The notes beneath the pieces were generated by a model. It made no database searches. It worked only from the letters and a program-made list of their open reading frames with translations, and was not told the origin of the DNA. DNA of 63,848 nt, filler included, from Globobulimina sp. (taxonomy: Eukaryota): NCBI GenBank assembly GCA_003354225.1. It is 47 parts of 47 records of this genome, joined end to end, with 100 filler letters (N's around TTAATTAATTAA, not from the genome) between each part and the next. Parts side by side here need not be neighbours in the genome. Positions count along the whole stretch, not along the records: positions 59,872 to 61,130 come from PIVH01019934.1; positions 61,231 to 62,489 come from PIVH01019935.1; positions 62,590 to 63,848 come from PIVH01019936.1; 44 more parts are not named here. One strand, 5' to 3'. How positions within the stretch are numbered: position 1 is the stretch's first letter; every line of letters begins with the position of its first letter. The position numbers were made by a program, and so were the translations under genes. Below are positions 61,117 through 63,848 of this stretch, piece by piece.

Positions 61117-61230
61117 CCTAATGTATTGTANNNNNNNNNNNNNNNNNNNNNNNNNNNNNNNNNNNNNNNNNNNNTTAATTAATTAANNNNNNNNNNNNNN
61201 NNNNNNNNNNNNNNNNNNNNNNNNNNNNNN

Positions 61231-61481
61231 CCAGCGACACAATTTTGTCGAATGACATGTCTCGCCTCAGTTGTTTCTGTTTCCATATTTTGATCTTTTG
61301 TTATGATTTTAAGTGATTTAAATAAAGTAGATTTACCGGATGACCCTGTTCCTAATAATAACAATTTCTTAGCTTGCTTATTGACGCGTTCTGCGTTTCT
61401 CATTGACGAAGTGATTTGATTATTTGCATGTTTTGTTTTCTCATCCACTTCAACTTGTGGCCCACTCTCAGCGCAACCCAT
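61231..61481 (-). CDS. Heterotrimeric G-protein alpha subunit, N-terminal part
   Basis: MGC lipidation signal; KLLLLGTGSSGKSTLFK. Confidence 0.93.
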
Positions 61482-61626
61482 AACAAATAAATTATATTAT
61501 ATTTATATTTCACTTTCTTATGTTTGCAATGGCTAAACGGAGTCTGACTGACTGAGTCAAAAAAAAAACAATTATTAATAAACATCATAAAAAGTTAAGA
61601 AACACTTTTGTTTTTTAAATTTAAAT

Positions 61627-62421
61627 TTAAATATTGACACTCCATTGAAAACTGTCAGTACCATATTCACCCAAAGAAGCAATCAATTTTAATATATGAC
61701 CAATGATATGACAATATTTTGCAATTAATATAAATATTTGTTTTTTATTGTTTGTATTTTTATTGATTAATAAGACTAAGGAGGCCATTTCTATTTTTTT
61801 AACCATAACAATAGAATCATTTGCATGAATAATTACTTCGTTGTCAGTTTCCGTACATAAAGACATGATTTGTTTGGTTTGAAACATTAATGATCGATAT
61901 TCTGAAACAAATGATATTGCATCAACTCTATGATTATGCGGTAATAATTGATCCGATGATATTAGCATTGCAATATTAATATATTTTTGTGATTGTAAAA
62001 ATTCCAAAATTGGAGTAATTGAATTTTTTATTGCCGGCGCGATCTTATTTTCAAATTCTTTAAAATGTTTCTCGTCTTCACCAATTTTATCAGATTTTTT
62101 TAATTTAATTATTTCATCTCCAAATTCGCTACAAAATGATTCAACCAATTCTGTTGCTATTAATTTACCAAACTCTTCACCACATTCTTTATCATAGAGC
62201 AACAAGCATGAAATATCATATTTTGTATTCGTCACAATTGATAAACTAATTTTTGCCAGTTCCAAATAACAACACGGTGAACCAATTATATCTGTACATC
62301 TCTCATTCATTGCTGTTATAATTCCTGTAAATATTCGAGGTCGTATCTTATCATTTGGAATAAATTCTTTTTGAAATACAGGTAATCCTGCTTTTGAAAA
62401 CAAAATTACATTGTATAACAT
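61627..62421 (-). CDS. Longin/roadblock-like domain protein
   Basis: NVILFSKAGLPVFQKEF...GIITAM...LVESFCSEF fits a longin-type beta-beta-alpha pattern. Confidence 0.5.
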   Translation of the reverse strand: MLYNVILFSKAGLPVFQKEFIPNDKIRPRIFTGIITAMNERCTDIIGSPCCYLELAKISLSIVTNTKYDISCLLLYDKECGEEFGKLIATELVESFCSEFGDEIIKLKKSDKIGEDEKHFKEFENKIAPAIKNSITPILEFLQSQKYINIAMLISSDQLLPHNHRVDAISFVSEYRSLMFQTKQIMSLCTETDNEVIIHANDSIVMVKKIEMASLVLLINKNTNNKKQIFILIAKYCHIIGHILKLIASLGEYGTDSFQWSVNI

Positions 62422-62658
62422 TCTTCAAGTTTTAGCGTTTTTAATAGTGCATAAAAACATATATCAAAAACAAAGCTTAACAAACAATGNNNNNNNNNNN
62501 NNNNNNNNNNNNNNNNNNNNNNNNNNNNNNNNNTTAATTAATTAANNNNNNNNNNNNNNNNNNNNNNNNNNNNNNNNNNNNNNNNNNNNACATTTTCGCC
62601 AATTCCATCAACCGGAGCCGAGCTTAGCGCCGGACCCGAGTTAAGGCAGCTACCTGCC

Positions 62659-63720
62659 ATGGGTGATCCCCCCATGATACAGAGACCTCAAGCCACACTG
62701 CCGGCTACCCCAGGGATCGTCCAAACCCCACCCAGTGATTTTGCAAGATTGGTAAACCAAACTGTACCACTACCGGGTGGATCTTTGAATGTCGATGCTC
62801 TTATTGGCCAGTTCAGTGAGGAAGGAAAAGCGTGTATTCAGCAATTCTTTCAAATGGCAATAGGATCTGGAATGTCATCACCGGTTCCCCCAGTCAATTC
62901 AGAGGAACAGCAGGCTGAGGCCGCTAGAAGAAAACGAGAATCTGTCGGACTGGAGATTAAACGTCTCAAGGAAGAACGAGATCAGCTTGAAAGACAGCAA
63001 CAAGAAGCTCAAGAACGGCGCCAAATTAGATTACAACAGCAACAAGACGCCGCTGATCGTCAAAACGAACAATTAGCCGAATCGCAACGACAACAACGCG
63101 AAGCTTTGTCCCTGGAAGCAGAATCCGCTTCACGAGGACGAGGGCAGCAAGATCCCCCAGCTGCTGCCGCTCACCCTCAACCGCCAATCGCTCAAGGGCA
63201 GCAAGATCCCCCAGCTGCTGCCGCTCACCCTCAACCGCCCGCTCAAGGGCACTTTACAAAATCTGCACTCCGATTTCAAGATCGTCCCTTCAAAGTCCAA
63301 CTCGTCATTGCCCAGCGCTTGCACTTAGAAGGTTTTTCAATCCAGTCAGCCGCTGAGGCTTTTGAACATCAAAAATTATCCAGAGAGGAGAAATTACCCG
63401 CCTGGATGGAAGCCGATGAAGCTCTACGCTCATGGGCTGAAGCCCGTTATGAGGAACTCTGTGCCACCCTGGACAGCCCTCCAACCGCCTACTTGCCATT
63501 ATTCATGGGCATAGATCTCGAGCCCGACCCTCAATTTCCCGATAAGCCAGCATTTGCCGGTTTGATCAACAAGATCTGCCAAGAAATTGAACAAGACACT
63601 CATGAACGTTTGGTAAAACAAGGTTCTCACCTGTTGGACCCCGCTCATTATCGATACCCGACAGACGATCCAGAGGCCGGATCTCAGCAAAAATCGGGGA
63701 TGTCACATGGACCGAAATAA
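62659..63720 (+). CDS. Unknown Q/P-rich coiled-coil protein with a 54-bp tandem duplication, possibly retroelement gag/ORF1
   Basis: GQQDPPAAAAHPQPP twice (63141-63249); higher GC than most contigs. Confidence 0.5.
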   Translation: MGDPPMIQRPQATLPATPGIVQTPPSDFARLVNQTVPLPGGSLNVDALIGQFSEEGKACIQQFFQMAIGSGMSSPVPPVNSEEQQAEAARRKRESVGLEIKRLKEERDQLERQQQEAQERRQIRLQQQQDAADRQNEQLAESQRQQREALSLEAESASRGRGQQDPPAAAAHPQPPIAQGQQDPPAAAAHPQPPAQGHFTKSALRFQDRPFKVQLVIAQRLHLEGFSIQSAAEAFEHQKLSREEKLPAWMEADEALRSWAEARYEELCATLDSPPTAYLPLFMGIDLEPDPQFPDKPAFAGLINKICQEIEQDTHERLVKQGSHLLDPAHYRYPTDDPEAGSQQKSGMSHGPK

Positions 63721-63848
63721 ATTCAGAACAGTCCAGATGAAGATGCCAAAAACGTTGCTTGCAAGAGAAATTCCTTCAAGTTGCGCTTTCCTGACTCACT
63801 GGACTCTATGCATTATTGGCCCAAATGTATTATATTAATGTATTATGT

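Noticed and set aside
1263-62589. Regularly spaced TTAATTAATTAA repeats resembling a repeat-spacer array
   Set aside because: Artificial linkers embedded in N runs; not CRISPR and not biological.
1-63848. Operon-like or gene-neighbourhood interpretations across the window
   Set aside because: Contigs are ordered by length only; only within-contig adjacency is real. ORFs ending in X...N or LIN run into linkers.

Overview
This window is not one locus. It is 47 unrelated contigs of 1,259-1,262 bp, sorted by length and joined by an artificial 100-nt linker (N44-TTAATTAATTAA-N44), so adjacency across linkers means nothing. The content is AT-rich eukaryotic DNA with short GT-AG introns (about 59-112 nt where I could place them) and the standard genetic code. 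Expanded 'FGY.R' SPRY-like and 7TM families suggest a foraminiferan or related rhizarian protist. That is inference, and a few contigs may come from other organisms. Recognisable genes are thiolase, XRN2, a class I PDE, CDC50, a Rab, an NCKX exchanger, CSN4, an EF-2-like protein, a RING-H2 ligase, PP2C, a GH29 fucosidase, LCMT1 and G-alpha. Mobile DNA is abundant: LINE fragments, a DIRS-type tyrosine recombinase, Bel/Pao gag, a Ginger-like integrase, hAT and CACTA-like remnants and several foldback elements. The best leads are: (1) a complete 1,125-bp CACAG...CTGTG element with symmetric bipartite TIRs (12 bp + 145-nt spacer + 12 bp at both ends) carrying the C-terminal motif of a RAG1/Transib/Chapaev-type transposase; (2) four tRNA-shaped elements with covarying, perfectly paired T stems but non-canonical anticodon arms; (3) a ~200-nt rod-like fold 3' of the DIRS recombinase; (4) unusual domain fusions (Josephin + Rubicon-homology, Rab + RanBP2 finger, RanBP2 finger + phage-like FGDN domain). 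All protein assignments come from motif recognition by eye; no database search was run.
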